This document shows, piece by piece, positions 63,752 to 64,000 of a stretch of DNA of 64,000 nt (positions are counted from its first letter, which is position 1; every line of letters starts with the position of its first letter). The DNA comes from Octopus bimaculoides (taxonomy: Eukaryota), in NCBI RefSeq assembly GCF_001194135.2, contig NC_068989.1:88834683-88898682 (forward strand), read 5' to 3'. A program made the position numbers and the translations under genes. The notes below the pieces were generated by a model. The model saw only the letters and a list, made by a program, of their open reading frames with translations. It was not told the origin of the DNA and made no database searches.

Positions 63752-63935
63752 TCGTTAGTATATGCTGGGCGAAATGCTTAGCAGTATTTCGTCTGTCTTT
63801 ACGTTCTGAGTTCAAATTAAGTACCAGTTAAGTACTGGGGTCGATAATTTAAGTACCAGTTAAGTACTGGGTCGATGTGATCAGTTGTTCCCCTCCCCAC
63901 AAAAAATCCAGGTCTTGTGCCTATAGTAGAAAGGA
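63752..63935 (+). mobile_element. Rearranged SINE family B copy
   Basis: Truncated head, internal deletion and duplicated ttaagtaccagttaagtactggg. Confidence 0.75.
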
Positions 63936-63936
63936 T

Positions 63937-63992
63937 TATTATTATCATTATTATTATTATTATTGTTATTATTATTATCATCATCATCATCA
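63937..63992. repeat. (TTA)n/(TCA)n microsatellite (SINE tail)
   Basis: Directly visible. Confidence 0.9.
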
Positions 63993-64000
63993 TAGTAAGG

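Overview
AT-rich, microsatellite- and SINE-dense animal genomic DNA with assembly gaps. The repeat content looks like an octopus/coleoid cephalopod (inference from repeat style, not a database hit). The only well-supported host gene is a plus-strand DNAJB6/Mrj-type class B J-protein. Seven GT-AG coding exons (14382-14449, 20704-20813, 23075-23257, 24672-24792, 28719-28868, 36546-36656, 38091-38187) join in frame to 840 nt / 279 aa, with a J-domain (HPD), a G/F region with helix V, an S/T-rich segment and a short b-type C-terminus. A transposon-free 3'UTR-like stretch follows (about 38.2-41 kb). No TSS for the gene was identified. The rest is mobile-element debris: two RTE LINE families, Tx1/L1-, CR1- and R4/Dong-like fragments, mariner and Merlin relics, hAT- and piggyBac-like MITEs and several tRNA-derived SINE families. 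The most notable items are a TSD-flanked, internally inverted 275-bp insertion with a minimal hammerhead-ribozyme core (Penelope-like), several candidate alternative or poison splice events in the G/F region (one adds a hydrophobic tail), a 3'UTR G-quadruplex motif, serial SINE insertion at one target site, and an orphan minus-strand exon candidate. No CRISPR, rRNA or true tRNA gene was seen, and no wholly new multi-gene system is supported.
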